A stretch of 64,000 nucleotides of DNA from the NCBI RefSeq assembly GCF_018350175.1, contig NC_058368.1, positions 47,246,001-47,310,000 of the forward strand. The letters are read 5' to 3'. The DNA is from Felis catus. Taxonomy: Eukaryota. Below the pieces are notes generated by a model that was not told the DNA's origin, did not search any database, and saw only the letters and a list, made by a program, of their open reading frames with translations. Positions 26,318-40,140 of this stretch are shown in pieces. Every line of letters starts with the position of its first letter. Position 1 is the first letter of the stretch. A program made the translations under genes and the position numbers.

Positions 26318-27654
26318 CTTGGTTTGACATACCAATGATGGACTCATTTCTCACATATCCACAGTATCCTCCTCTACCAGTGCTTTTTCTAACACGAGCT
26401 GAAACTTTCCTCCTCACAGCTGCCAGACGTGTAGGGCTTCTGGTGTTCATGGGGCTGATGGCTAAGAAGCAGGGTTTGCCTTTCTCCTCACTAGGCTCAA
26501 CTTGCAGCTTGCTCCAAGTTGCCTCAAGATCACAATCCCACATGGTGGTACCTCGCAGCAATACCTCTGAAACAACACTACCTTCCCGCCTTGTAGGTAG
26601 CAGACCTGGAGGTTCCCGGCATAATCCTTGCCACATTACAGTGGAGTGGATACATCTGTATAGTGTTTCCTTTTTACATTGATTCCAGTGAAACCATACA
26701 CTTTCTCAGCTCCTTCTTTGTCCTGTCTTATTCTGATTCACCTCAAGAAGCCAGAATCCTTAGTAGCCCTGCCTCCTTGATATCCAGCCAAGGGGGTTCA
26801 CAGCCTCAAAGGCAGTAGTAGGGGAAACAGTTCAGCAGACCTGCATATAAAATTTCACCATCTTACTTCTTCTGGGTCTTAAATTCTTCAGATATGATAT
26901 TGCCAACCTTCTTTAAATAAGGACAAGCCCTTTCTCATGCTATCTATAGAGTATCAGGTCCCTTAGGTTTTCTCTACCAGAACCCAAAACTTTCCTTGCT
27001 CCTAAAAATAAACTTTTGTATGAACTCCAGAGTATCCAGCCACCAACTCCCGTGATTACAGAAGGCAGACGTCATAGTGTGGAGTACATAAAATGATTTC
27101 TCTTCTTGTTTCCTTCCCATACTAACTGATACTTAACTTACTGACTTAGTTATCAGATTGCACCTTTTTATTTAGAAATTTTAATGAATTTATTTTCCAA
27201 AATGCCCTAACATACTCCCCCTGCCCACCTTATGGTGGGGGAGAATTTCATTAAAAACTCAAAGAGTCCCAATTCTCAACAGTTCATAATCTATTTGAAA
27301 ACTTATGTATGCACACACACACATACACACACACACACAGAGAACAGTAACAGGTCCAATGACTGGAATCTATAATCAGTGTTGATAATCTCTTAAACTT
27401 TTTATTTGTTGCATATTAACTTCACAAAAGAATATTATAGTGGAACTGCATCTTCATGAATTTCACATATGAGGCATTAGTTTACATATCTGGCTTTTCA
27501 GAATTTCTGATTAAATGTTTTAATTTAAATGGAAAATAATATTTAATGTGATATCTAGCCTAAAGTGTCCCTGAAGCTTCAATTGCAAACAATCATAATA
27601 AAGAATGTTCTTGTTTAATCTACAAAATAAGTACATTTGATTTTAATTACTTGG

Positions 27655-28260
27655 ATAATGACTAAGCAAGTACATCAGGCACATCCCTTCCAAGAGATAA
27701 TGAAAGACACAGAGGAGCAAACAATATTCCTGCGAACAGACCATCACATTCTGACTCTGAGGATGACTCCACTAATGAAAATCTGTCTTTGCAAATGACT
27801 CATCTTCTGAAGACTGCTCTGAAGATGTTGGAAATCAGAATGATGCATGTGAAAATGAAATTAATCAATATGAAGATGGGGAACAGCAGTCTATCACAGA
27901 GGGGCTGTTTGATAATAATGAAATTGAGGAAACAGTCAGTGGTAAAGAAACAAATGAAAGCACAGGAAATGTCAATGATAATAATGAATAAGTAACTAAT
28001 TCTTAAAATTCAAACGGAAGAGTTAGCAAACAAAGACAAATTATCATCCAGAAAATGACAAAGACACGAAACTACAATTACTTTGAAGTTCACTCCAATT
28101 TTCTAAAAATATGAAAACACGAATATGGTAGTAAATTTAACAGAAAGGAGGGTCCGAAATTTTCAGAACTCACATCAATACTAAAGCTACAAGTTTTACT
28201 GCCTAGTTTGGCTGGAGCAATGAAGCATAAGCGCATAGCAGTGGAATATAAAACTAGAAA
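27655..28260 (+). mobile_element. Decayed coding-like relic, possibly a hAT DNA-transposon transposase N-terminus
   Basis: Frameshifted acidic, Ser/Asn-rich reading (ASTSGTSLPRDNERH...SDSEDDSTNEN / ANDSSSEDCSEDVGNQND...), then a degenerate TSFT..FGWSN-KH motif at about 28185-28230. Confidence 0.35.
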
Positions 28261-28725
28261 GTTCTACTGGACTTCCAGAAGGCACTTGGAAATGTCAGAA
28301 TGAATCTTCTTCAGTTGTCCTTGCCTGTTTTTTAACCACATTGTTCCAAGTCCACAGACTGACCCTAGTCCATTTTGTCTGTCACAACAACGTGACAGTT
28401 TTCAGTCTCACAGTTTTCAGTCTCTCAGTCTTTAATTGCTCTAAGTTCAGTCTTTAATGTGCAGATTTTTGGTCTCAGTTTCATGTTACTTATCCACTCC
28501 ATTTTCCTCATAAATGCTATTGTTTGTAACATCAATGGTGAATCACAGGTTCATGGGCACCTGGACAACTGCAGTTCCCCTGTGCGTCTAAAAGACAAAT
28601 GTCTTCTGCTCTGTTTCGAATAGTGTCTGTAAGATTATTTGTTACTGTGCAAACAACCTGTTCTCCATACCATAACCACTCTCTTTTCTCACTACCAAAC
28701 TCCCCACTCCAAAAGAACCAAGGCT

Positions 28726-28943
28726 GGGACCACCTGGGTGGCTCAGTCAGTTAAGCATCTGACTTCGGCTCGGGTCATGATCTTGTGGTTCATGAGTTCA
28801 AGTCCTATGTCAGGCTCTGTGCTGACAGCTCAGAGCCTGGAGCCTGCTTCAGATTCTGTGTGTCCCTCTCTCTCTGCCCCTCCCCCACTCACACTCTTGT
28901 GTGTGTGCCTCTCTCTCTCAAAAATAAATAAACATTAAAAAAA
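28726..28943 (+). mobile_element. Can-SINE
   Basis: SINE head and tail; TSD aagaaccaaggctg. Confidence 0.93.
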
Positions 28944-29258
28944 GAAGAACCAAGGCTGAGGTTAGCTATTGCTAGTAATAGCTAAACAGTAAGCTATTAT
29001 AATAAGCTATTATTTAACTCATCCAAGTTCTCTAATTAGGTACACTTGCAAACAGTTCACATTTGTTCGTTTTTTTCTGATTTTGCATAAATTTTAGGTT
29101 TCTCTTTGTTCTGTTTTCTTGGGTTTTTTTTTTTTTTTTTACAAACTCAACACATTACATTTAGATGTGATTTCCTCTTATGTTGTAACTTGCCAGCAAT
29201 GTTTCCCTCAGGCTAGACCTTAGCCTTAACCCAGCATTTGATAAGCATCGAGTGCTTC

Positions 29259-29460
29259 GGGGGGCCCCCCGGGCAGCTCAGTCAGTTAAGTGCCTGACTC
29301 TTGATTTCAGCTCAGGTCATGATCTCATGGTTCGTGAGTTTAAGCCCCACATTGCTGTCAGCATGGAGCCTGCTTGGGATTCTCTCTCTCCCTTTCTTTC
29401 TACCCCTCCTCCACTCCAGCTAATGCTCTCTATCTCAAAATAAATAAATACATTTAAAAA
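29259..29460 (+). mobile_element. Can-SINE
   Basis: TSD aagcatcgagtgctt / aagcatcaagtgctt. Confidence 0.92.
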
Positions 29461-30339
29461 AAGCATCAAGTGCTTAAAAGTTAAAGAAATGACTTTAAAT
29501 ACCAATCCCAAAACCTATATACAAATTGTACATATGGCTTAGAAAAAAGTTTTGCTCTATCTGTAAAATTCAACAAATCAGCAAATCAAAAAGGATACTG
29601 GACTTTTAGAGGGACAAATATTATTGCCCCATCTACAACAGGATGCTTTCTTGGCATGTAGAGGGCACTTGATACATAAAGTGAATAAATTAATGAATGA
29701 ATCAGTGTGTGATTTGTCCATGTTTACTGTGTCACAGAAAAAAACAAGAGAGGAGAGAATTTTAAAGATAAAATAGGAAACACTATCAAATGCCGTGAAG
29801 AAGACAGAAATTATGAAAACTAAGAAAAAGTCATTGGATATGGAGGTCAATAGTGATTATCAGTGCTCTTTGTAAAAGTGAAGATAGCTTACACTTTTGA
29901 TTATGCCCCCCTAAATTTTAGAGAGAATTCAAGAATGATAGGTCTGTTGATCTGCAAAATATCAAACCTAATCCTTCGTGTTATAAAGGAGAAAACATCA
30001 GCAGAGCAAAGCATCTACATGGAAAATTCACAATTTTTACATCATAGTAGATCCAATATAAGCATGAAGTGGATGAGATTTTGTCATGGACAACTAGTCC
30101 TTGGTAAACAGAATCCTGTGCATCTAGAGAGCTGTCATCGCAGTGAAATAATATTAACCAAGAATATTTCCAGTAAAACATGGCAGATTTAACACATAAT
30201 TTCAAATTCAAACTCTTCCTAAGTCACTGCAAAAAGGACAGTAGCAGCATTTTTCAGGGTAGAAAAACACAAGGTGGAAGAGAATGGGAAAAGAGGAAAC
30301 CTGGACAAAGGATGCCTACAAATTTGGGAATAATAGAAA

Positions 30340-30620
30340 TTTAATTGAGACAATGAAATTTTATTTTACACCCATCATTTTGGCAAAAGTTAACAGTAAG
30401 GTAAGGATATGAAGAAATGAGAATTCCCATATTCCGCCAATGGGAGTGAAAAATGGTTCAACCACATTGAAGAGCAATCGCTGCTAATGTTGAAGGTGTT
30501 CATGCAAAAAAGAAAAATCCTATAAAATGATATATATTTTCTGTAAGATATCCTCACATACGTGCACAAGGAGACATACCTGAAAATGTCCATCGCACAC
30601 AATGTGACATAGCAAAACGA
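30340..30620 (+). mobile_element. Old L1 3' fragment
   Basis: ttttacacccatcattttggcaaaagtt...tgggagtgaaaaatggttcaaccacattgaagagcaat. Confidence 0.6.
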
Positions 30621-30843
30621 GAAGTGTGCATGTCAAAAATTGGCAAGTGCAAAGGAAACTAAGAAAATATTAATATATTACAAAGTAGGAGTAGGGAATA
30701 ACTACTGTGGATGGAACGAGAAGTAAAAGAACATTTCTTAAAGTTATAAAACTAACAAGCAAAGCACGAAAAAATACCATAACCAAAAGTAAAAATATAA
30801 CTACTTGGAGTGAAATATGAGAAGCATAAGAAAGTAGAGGAGT

Positions 30844-31071
30844 GGGGCGCCTGGGTGGTGCAGTCAGTTAAGCGTCTGACTTCAGCCAGGTCATGATCTC
30901 GTGGTCCGTGAGTTCAAGCCCCGCGTCAGGCTCTGGGCTGATGGCTCGGAGCCTGGAGCCTGTTTCCGATTCTGTGTCTCCCTCTCTCTCTGCCCCTCCC
31001 CCGTGCATGCTCTGTCTCTCTCTGTCCCAAAAATAAATAAACGTTGGAAAAAAAAAATTAAAAAAAAAAAA
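30844..31071 (+). mobile_element. Can-SINE, young SINEC_Fc subfamily
   Basis: Diagnostic cagccaggtc...ctgggctgatggctc variant, long A tail; TSD aagaaagtagaggagt / aagaaaatagaggagt. Confidence 0.96.
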
Positions 31072-31351
31072 AAGAAAATAGAGGAGTTAAACACACATAT
31101 GTCCTAGAGAAATTTAGTTGATTATGTTTCTAAATTAAGGGATAAGAAATAGCAATTTATGCATATTATTCTTAGATACAGAAGTTACCACTAGAAGAAA
31201 TTGTTGAAAAAGTTGAAGTAAGTCCTCTTTTGGAAAAAGGAATTGAGATGGAAAGGAAGGAATAGGGTAGAGAACTATTGTACCATGTACAAATATTCCT
31301 TTAATTCAATTTTTAAAATACCTTAAATGGGTCGTTTAAAATAAGAACAGA

Positions 31352-31562
31352 GGGGCACCTGGGTGGCTCAGTCGGTTGGGCATTTGAGTCTTTGATTTTT
31401 GCTCAGGTCATGATGCCAGGTGTTATGGGATCAAGCCCGACATCAGGCTCTGTCTGGACGTGGAGCCTGCTTGAAATTCTCCCCCCCCCCCACTCTCCTT
31501 CTGTCCCTCTCCCCCACTCACACCCTATCTCTCTCTCAAAAAACTAAATTGATAAAATAAAA
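31352..31562 (+). mobile_element. Can-SINE
   Basis: ggggcacctgggtggctcagtcggttgg head. Confidence 0.9.
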
Positions 31563-32574
31563 TAATAACAGAAATACAATTGGATTTGGGATTTAGATTA
31601 TTTGTGAAATCTTCTAGATCATATATCGAAGTTTACGAGCATAAACCAGATAACAATATGTTAAAGACTGAAGGAGAAATGAGGAAGTAGGGACAGCAGA
31701 TGTGGACAATTCTATCAAAACTTTGGGGGCAAGGCAGAAGAGTGCCAGACCGTCTAGAGAATCAAGTGAGGACTTTTTGCAGAATAGGCAAGCATTGATT
31801 GTATATATGGGCTGATGGGAAGAGGTAAACAGAAATACTGAAGCTACGAGGGAGGGGTGGTCAGTTGATGGAGCACTTCCTCCGCGCCAGTCCCTGGTAT
31901 GAGTACTGGGTATTTAAGATGAATGAGACCCTCCTTGCCTTTGCGGAGCCCCTGGGATGAGAGTCATGACAGATGATAGTTTCGCACAAAGTGTTACAAG
32001 AGCATGGAGGGGGTTGGGACTGTCAAGAAGAATTTTAAATTCTTCCCAAAGGAAGTTTGACAAGTATAAAAAGAGTGAGTGAAAATTCCGGGCAAAGAAA
32101 ATAGCAAGCCATACACTTAAAAATGGTTAATATAATAAATTTTATGGTGTGTGCATTTTACTACAATAAAAAAAAGAAAGAAAGAAAACAGCAAGCAAAG
32201 GGCCCAGTGGTGTGAAAATAAAAATTTGAAAATATATTTAATAGAAAATAATCCATGTCGGTGAATGCTGGAAAATGGACTAAAAAGATAAACTGGGGAA
32301 AAATAGTAAAATATCTTATAGGTTTTTCTTATGAGTTCAAAATTGATCATACATTCACTTATTCTTGAAACATTTTGAGAAGGGGTACTTTCACTTTCCA
32401 TTTTGTTAGCCTTTGTGTTATTTTAATATGTTGATTACGAGTTATTTATGTAATAAAACGGTAAAAAGAAAAGCATGTATTGAACGCTTACCATTTGCTA
32501 GGCATTGGGGGGAAAATATAAACAAAATGAAGTCTGTACCTTCCAGAAATAAACAACATGAAAGAAAGAAAGAT

Positions 32575-32872
32575 AGGAAGGACCTAATGATTTGCTTTGG
32601 CCAATGAAATTTAAGTGGAAGTGACTTGTGACACGTGTCCACATGGAGACAGTTAATTACTGGTGCTTCATTGGCTAGCCTGCTTATTCCCTGCTATGGA
32701 AGCCATGGGAGAATATTTAAATAGGGGAAAGTCACAACATCAAAGCGATCTGGAATGTTAGGCCAACTCTGTAGGACAACACACTTTGTGTGAGAACGAA
32801 ACACTAATGGATTAAACCATGGAGATTTAAGGTTTGTTACTACAGCCTAGCGTAATTTGTCCTGAGTGATAC
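32575..32872 (+). mobile_element. Old MLT1 (MaLR) LTR fragment
   Basis: tttgctttggccaatgaaatttaagtggaagtgacttgtg...tttgttactacagcctag...cctgagtgataca. Confidence 0.65.
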
Positions 32873-33318
32873 AATGGTCAGCATCCATGTGCCCGAGGAA
32901 TTGCCCAGTGATGTTGACATCAAGGTTGTTAAATGCTTTATTGGTTTTCATGAGTCAGGTGGTGCCCTGGGATTTTGGCAAACAAAAATTAGAAACCAGC
33001 ATTTTTTTATTGCATACGTCCTTAATTCATATAGAAGCTTATATTTTCTCAGACATACAAACTTACAAATATTGCCACAATGGAGACCATTATAAGGTGA
33101 TCCAGGGAGCACTCCCCTTAACACCACCACAATCCTTAAACTTCACCCTGACCTTATTCCTCATAACTCTCACCACAAACGCTGTGCTCCAAGCCAAACA
33201 AGCAGAATTTCCCACACGCAGTCTCTTAACTGTATTTCGTATTATGTGCTATGTCCTTTGCCTAGAATGTCTTTTACCCACCATCTTCTAGAATCCAAAT
33301 CCTGTAGATCACTTTTTT

Positions 33319-33536
33319 TTTAATTTTTTTTTTCAACGTTTATTTATTTTTGGGACAGAGAGAGACAGAGCATGAACGGGGGAGGGGCAGAGAGAGAGGG
33401 AGACACAGAATCGGAAACAGGCTCCAGGCTCTGAGCCATCAGCCCAGAGCCTGACGCGGGGCTCGAACTCACAGACCGCGAGATCGTGACCTGGCTGAAG
33501 TCGGACGCTTAACCGACTGCGCCACCCAGGCGCCCC
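33319..33536 (-). mobile_element. Can-SINE, young SINEC_Fc subfamily
   Basis: CpG-intact copy; TSD TGTAGATCACTTTTTT starting at 33303 and 33537. Confidence 0.97.
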
Positions 33537-35057
33537 TGTAGATCACTTTTTTATAAAGTATTTCATTGTTCCTTTTCATACATATACACACACATACACA
33601 ACCACACACCTATATAATACACACAAAGTAATCCTTCTCACTAGTAAAAGGAAGGCAAAGAAACTGGTCTCTTGAATACCTCCCCGTCACGATATGTGTG
33701 GCACCGTATGTGGTACTTTGTCCATGAACTCCCAGAGCATTTGATCTGCTCCTCTCTTCCGATACATAAAACTCTATACCTTATTGTGTATTATTATATT
33801 ATTATTACTATATAATTATATATTTTTGTTGTGTTTGAGGACGAAATCAATATCATTTACAGGCCAAGTCTAGGGTTTAGCAAATAGTAGACTGTCACTA
33901 AATTTTTTTAATGAACACCTGCAAATACCTTTTAAATGCTTTCAACATATATTTATACTTAAAATAGTTGTGAAGGGAAAAATATGATTAGAAATCAACA
34001 TTATCTTTTGTCTCTACTATTATGCCTGATTTCCTGACTTACAGACATTTCAATGCCAGGGTGGGTGCAGGATGAATGCAAAACTTTATCCTGTCCCAAA
34101 AGAGGCACAGGGAGCTGGGATCTGCTGAAGAGACCTTCCTTGTAAAGACATTCAGAGTTTTTATCTGGTACACATAACTCATAAACATGATTACTTAACT
34201 ATCATAAAGTAAGACACACTATAACCATTGACCAATCAGAAGACATGGGTAAAATTGTGGGAAGAAGCCCAGAGAAACAGTAAAACAGCTTTCGGCTTCA
34301 CAGGACACTAATTAATCATTTTGGCTAGAAAGCCCCTCTCCCCATGGAGCTTAATGGCTTCCAAGGAAGGTTTGGATGAAACATTTCACCAGATGGATCC
34401 AGTACCTACATTAAGAGTCTGCCTCCCACACCCTTATGTATTCATTTATTTCTCCACAAAATATTTGATAGTGTGTTGAGGTAACAGGGTCTGTACTAAC
34501 AAGGGACTAAAGAAAATATTGTACAACTTACCTTCAATTTTTCATAGCTGAGTGCAAATGAAAATGAAGATGGATAATTAATATTGTGCCATCAAAAAAC
34601 TTAACATTTCAATTTTATTCTTTTTGACTAACAAACCAGGATAGCAGGATAACAGTGGTACAGGAATCTTGCAAAAAAAAAAAAAAACCAAAAAAAAATC
34701 AGAGCCTATTTTGCACTGAGTTACTCACATTTAGAGAAATAAAATGTCTGATTGACCTCAAAACCACATGGCAAAAAAAAAAAAAAAACAATTATAGTAC
34801 ATTTTCTCTTTCGCTATTGTATTTAAATGGTAAGTGACAAGTGTTGCCATTTTTTGAGCACCTACAAGACAGATGTTATTATCCCATTGGACAGATGAGG
34901 AAAATGAGCTTAGGTTAAGTTACCCAAAGTTGTTTGACTTGTAATGGGCAGAGCCAGTATTCAGACTCAGATCTTCTATATCCAAAACCTCAGTTCCTTC
35001 CAGAATCCTACTATGTTATATGGCACAGCACTTTATCAGAGCTTTTATTACAAAGTC

Positions 35058-35068
35058 ATATATATGTA

Positions 35069-35101
<33 letters not shown>

Positions 35102-35235
35102 GTATATATATATATATGCACACTTTGATATATATATATATATCACATATATATCACACATATATATATGTGTGATATATATATATCACATATATATCAC
35201 ACATATATATATATATGCACACATATATATATATG
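35058..35235. repeat. Compound (TA)n/(CA)n microsatellite
   Basis: Directly visible; it explains ORFs 34934-35128 and 34944-35342. Confidence 0.95.
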
Positions 35236-36834
35236 ACACAGGCTGGACTTGTAAAGTCACACATAGGAAAAAGGGATTTCAAGAACTTAACCTTTTGCTA
35301 AGAACAGACCATGAAAACAATAACTCAGACACAAAGAGTTAGTTTTGTTTTTACCTAAAAATTAATAATGATTGTCTTTATGTGCAAAGCTTTATAGCAA
35401 AGGTTAAAATCAATGTTGATAAATTAAGATTATTAACACAGACTGGTAATAGTCTACATAGCAATTTAGTGACATTGCCATCTTACACGTTAATGAAATG
35501 AAAATTTGAATTGATTATATAAGGAAAGAATCTCTTGTTTATTCTAATCTTAATATTATGGTTGATAATTTCACCAGAAGCCCTGATGAAAATATACCTG
35601 ATATAACAACACCACAGGAAACTAATGATCATAATGAATCTACTTGTCACTAAAGTACAAAGATAGAGACTCATAAATCTTTTAAAAATTACTAAGAGCA
35701 AACAAGTGATCTGGGCAAACAAATGCTTATTTTATCATTGTTTATATGTTCTCTACTTCATAGTTATTGTCTTATTTCCTGGGGAAAATGGTCAAAATGC
35801 CTTTTAAACATTTGCATTTTCCTAACTTTCCTACCTTTACTCCACAGAAGCTCCTGAAGATTGGATTCAGGAGCCTTTATTTAATTATCATTATGAGACA
35901 GCTATTTAATCTTTTCCTTTCTTCTTCATCAAAAGATAATCAGTAGTCAACTGATAAATAACATTAGTATTCACCTCTTAATACAATGTTATATTTATTT
36001 TATAATTTATATTCTTTTATAATTATTTTATAAATTATTATTTATTAATAATTATTTTAAGTTGATTGTAAATAATTATTCCAACTCAAAGTGTGCATAG
36101 AAGGCCATGATTTTAAAAATCTTTTGTTCCAAAATTGTGTCTTAAAGTCACATGTATTTTATTACTTATTTTATTATCTTAAGTTAGCATTCCATAAATA
36201 AAATTAAAAGTTCGATGAATTACCCAGAAAATTCCCTTGTTCCCATCACCCCTGAAGAAAGATAACTAATCAAAACCAAAGCTTTACTCAAGGATAGTTG
36301 CATTCATTTAGCTAACTGCCTCCACGGGAAACGTTCCACTTTTATTAATGGATAGTCCAAATATGACCAATTTGTCTTGAATAGAAGCTAAATCCATGTT
36401 TGTTGAGTTCAGATGAATAAAAGAAAGTCATCAGTCTACCTTTAAATGAATCTCAGGATATTTTTTATTGTTTGAGTACACTATTTGCTCTTGTTTTTAT
36501 AGAATTCAGCATTTTTGAAATCTCAGACACTATCATGTTTATGAGCATTACCTACACAGTAGAAAGCATGTTGTTCTGACCCTGATATAGAAGGACCTAG
36601 ATTCCTTAGGTCGAGTTGTAGAACAATATGACATCAGCCATAAACACTGATTTGGATTGGGGGATATATACTCTCATCAACATAAAATAGCAGTTTAAAG
36701 TTTGAGTTATGGTGTCAATTCAACTTAGGTTTAAATTCCAGCCATGCCAGTTATTAGCTATGTGACACCGATTAAATCACTTAATCTGTCTATGTCTCAG
36801 CTTCCTGGCCTGTACAATGAGAATACCAGAAGAT

Positions 36835-36972
36835 GGAGTGCCTGGGTGGCTCAGTTGGTTAAGTGTCCAATTTCAGCTCAGGTCATGATCTCACGGTTCG
36901 TGGATTTAAGCCCCGCATGGGGCTCTGTGCTGACAGCTCAGAGCCTGGAGCCTGCTTCGGATTCTGTATCTT

Positions 36973-37005
<33 letters not shown>

Positions 37006-37048
37006 GAAATAAACATTTAAAAAAATTTTTTTAATAAAAAAAAATTAA
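36835..37048 (+). mobile_element. Can-SINE inserted into a MIR (about 36690-37165)
   Basis: TSD gagaataccagaag; MIR text on both sides. Confidence 0.92.
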
Positions 37049-37362
37049 AGAGAATACCAGAAGTACCAGCCTCGGAGTGTGTCATAAAGATGAAAGGGGT
37101 TATGGTGTGTAAGTGGTTAGTGCAGAGTCTGGTACATATGAAGCACCCAGGACATATTAATGTCATTGTTCTTGTTGCTACACACATACACTGAGGGTTC
37201 CAAACAAATTAAAGCCTGTGTGCATTTACCTAATCTTAGTCATCCCCATTTTAGCCTATCAGTTGAATGATTTTAGTGTACTTCTAACTGGATCTCCAGA
37301 CTCTAGTATTGTTCAGCTCTGGTCCATTCCTCATTGCCCCCTAAGAGTTCATGGTCTAGCAA

Positions 37363-37525
37363 GGAGCCTGGGTGGCTCAGTTGGTTAAGCATCCAACTTC
37401 AGCTCAGGTCGTGATCTCACAGTTTGTGGGTTCAAGCCCCATGTTAGGCTGTGTGTTAACAGCTCAGAGCCTGGAGCCTGCTTCAGATTCTGTGTCTCCC
37501 TCTCTCGCTGCCCCTCCCCTGCTGA

Positions 37526-37571
<46 letters not shown>

Positions 37572-37593
37572 AATAAATAAAAACATTTAAAAA
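37363..37593 (+). mobile_element. Can-SINE
   Basis: TSD aagagttcatggtctag / aagagttcatgatctag; (CT)n tract. Confidence 0.93.
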
Positions 37594-38427
37594 AAGAGTT
37601 CATGATCTAGGGACTCAGTTTCCTCCTCTCAAAAATGGATTCTAAATCAAGTCATTTACAAGACTATTGAAAAGACAGAATGAGTTGAGTTGATTATGAA
37701 AGAATCTTTAAAATATAGAACTCAACAAATAATACTTATTGCTAGAAAAAATTCTGATCTTAGCCAGGAATGACTTATTTATTCAACAAAAATGTATCAA
37801 TGCTTATTAGGTATGTGTAAAATAGTATGCAAAGTGCTAGTGACAAAAATATCAATGAAACATGGTCTCTGGACTTAAAAGAACACAAAATCAATGTAGT
37901 GAAAACCCTTCCAAGTGTCTGTCCAGCCCAGGCTCTGGCTTTTCCTGCCCTGAGGACTGTTCTCATTCACAAAGTGGGCCTGTACAGATAGACACAGATT
38001 ATGTGGCTCCATTCCCCCTGGACACAGGGTATTGGACAGGGACAGACACTGGAAATAAGATCGAACCACCAGATGTGCTTCTGCAGAGAATCTGAAACAC
38101 ATTCAGTTTCAGCCAATTAGTCTCTAGGTGGTTAGAATTGCACCCATGTAAATTCTGAGTTGCCACGTGTCTCACTGGGGACAGGGAAGCAGAGAGATAC
38201 TACTCTGTAGGATAAGAGGAATGAATTCTGACAAGAAAAAAAGATGACTGGATTTCCGATGACTTTTTATGACTTTTTCCAAGTGTCCACCTGAGTTAGG
38301 TTTATTTCCAACTCTTGAGATCCTCGATTCCCTTCTCTTCCCACCTCAGAAGACTTAAAATCATACCTTTTCTCCTAACATTCCCCAATGTGGTTTTTGT
38401 TATCTCCAACCACAAGAACACTTTAAA

Positions 38428-38639
38428 TTTTTTTTTCAACGTTTATTTATTTTTGGGACAGAGAGAGACAGAGCATGAACGGGGGAGGGGCAGAGAGAGA
38501 GGGAGACACAGAATCGGAAACAGGCTCCAGGCTCCGAGCCATCAGCCCAGAGGCTGACGCGGGGCTTGAACTCACGGACCGCGAGATCATGACCTGGCTG
38601 AAGTCAGACGCTTAACCGACTGCGCCACCCAGGCGCCCC
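38428..38639 (-). mobile_element. Can-SINE, young SINEC_Fc subfamily
   Basis: Perfect 17-bp TSD CACAAGAACACTTTAAA at 38411-38427 and 38640-38656. Confidence 0.97.
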
Positions 38640-39879
38640 CACAAGAACACTTTAAAAGTACAATATTCCTATATTTAATATCAGCATAAGACAATGACCA
38701 CTATAACAAAGGCATATAGAACAAGCTTTAGAAGACCAGAGGTGGCTAAAAATAACGGACTTTGAGACTTTTCAGAGGAGATGACATCCTGGTTTGTACC
38801 TATTGCTGTATCCTCTATATTACCTGGTCTTCCCAGCAAAAGAGTTTCCTTTAGCACCTATGCTCTGCCTGTGTCTCACTCAAGCAAAAAGGATTCATTC
38901 CAAGCCCAGACCTAGTGTGCCTGTCACACTCTACTTAACAGGACCATATCAGCTTGAACTCCAACATGCAACCCTGTTTTTTAAGCAGAGGAACTAGGTC
39001 ACCAGTTTTGTGGTTCAATTATTTGCCCAAGATCCTACAGTCTTTAAGAGGTTTTGAACACAAGTAGTCTCATTTCAACTACTATGCTTTTCCCATAGTG
39101 TTGGGACAGTGCAGAGCTCCTATAAGGAAGTCAGGTGGCTGTGGGAACACAGAGCGAGAAATTCTGCAAAGATTTGTCGTCTACAGACTCCAGTCCGATA
39201 TCCTTAGCCCGGCATTCTAAGCCCTCCACAACCTGGTTCCAATCAGTCATTCCTATCTCCCCTTGTATCACCACATCAGACTTTGAACAACCTCCAAACA
39301 CATCACCCATTTTCATGCTTCTCTTCATATTACTCTCAGATGAGCATGGCCTTCAACCCATTGCTGTCATCCATCAAGGCTTCTTTATCTATCCACAGAC
39401 AGTTTTCATCACCCCCTACTCTGTCCAACTTAGCACTTCAGTGGCCCTTCTAACGTAGTAGCCAACCAGTTCTCATTACTCATTGCTTGGTCAGCATTTG
39501 CCAAATTAGCACTTTTGCAGAATCACAGCAAGACACATCTACCCATAACGAGTAAGAGCAGAAACAGGCTAAGAGAGAAAGAAAGTGGATATAATATAGG
39601 TGTGGCTAGAGACCATGCCGGCAGAAAAGCATTCTTCCCATCCAAGTACTGCAGTGCCTGAATAGTGCCTCATCCCATTAGGGATTTATTTCTTTGCATC
39701 TGGCATTACTTGGTCTTCTATTAGGACAAAAATTTTTAAGTAACCCAAGTGTATATTAATTCGGGGTTCATTTCCTCTGTGACAAGAGGAGTTAAGCCAT
39801 GAAAGAAGCAGGTGCATAAGAATGAAGTATAGAAAAGAAATGAAAGGTCAGAGGAAGGGGACATCCAGATAGCAAAATA

Positions 39880-40140
39880 TAAACTTGGCAGGCCTTAAGA
39901 ATCATGCATTTAATTGATTAGAAAAGCAGCAACCGACATCACTATCACTGATATACCAGGATTTCGTTTCATTTGCTGCAACTGAAGGTTGAAATGTTAT
40001 TTCAATTGATTTTTTAACATGACAACTTACATTTCCTTTTGCCATCTTGCTGCTGCAATTGAGAAGGCACTGGCTGAAGCATTAATAGGTGAAAAAGTCC
40101 AATAGACCCATTTTGTAAAAATGATTTGATAATGTAGTAG
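39880..40140. promoter_or_regulatory. Possible conserved non-coding element
   Basis: Repeat-free block with homeobox-type motifs (ttaattgatta, caattga, cattaata). Confidence 0.3.

Noticed and set aside
26310..26682. Overlapping 108-aa and 115-aa ORFs on opposite strands
   Set aside because: No recognisable domain or splice structure; lengths are compatible with chance.
34934..35342. YI-rich ORFs
   Set aside because: Artefact of the (TA)n microsatellite.
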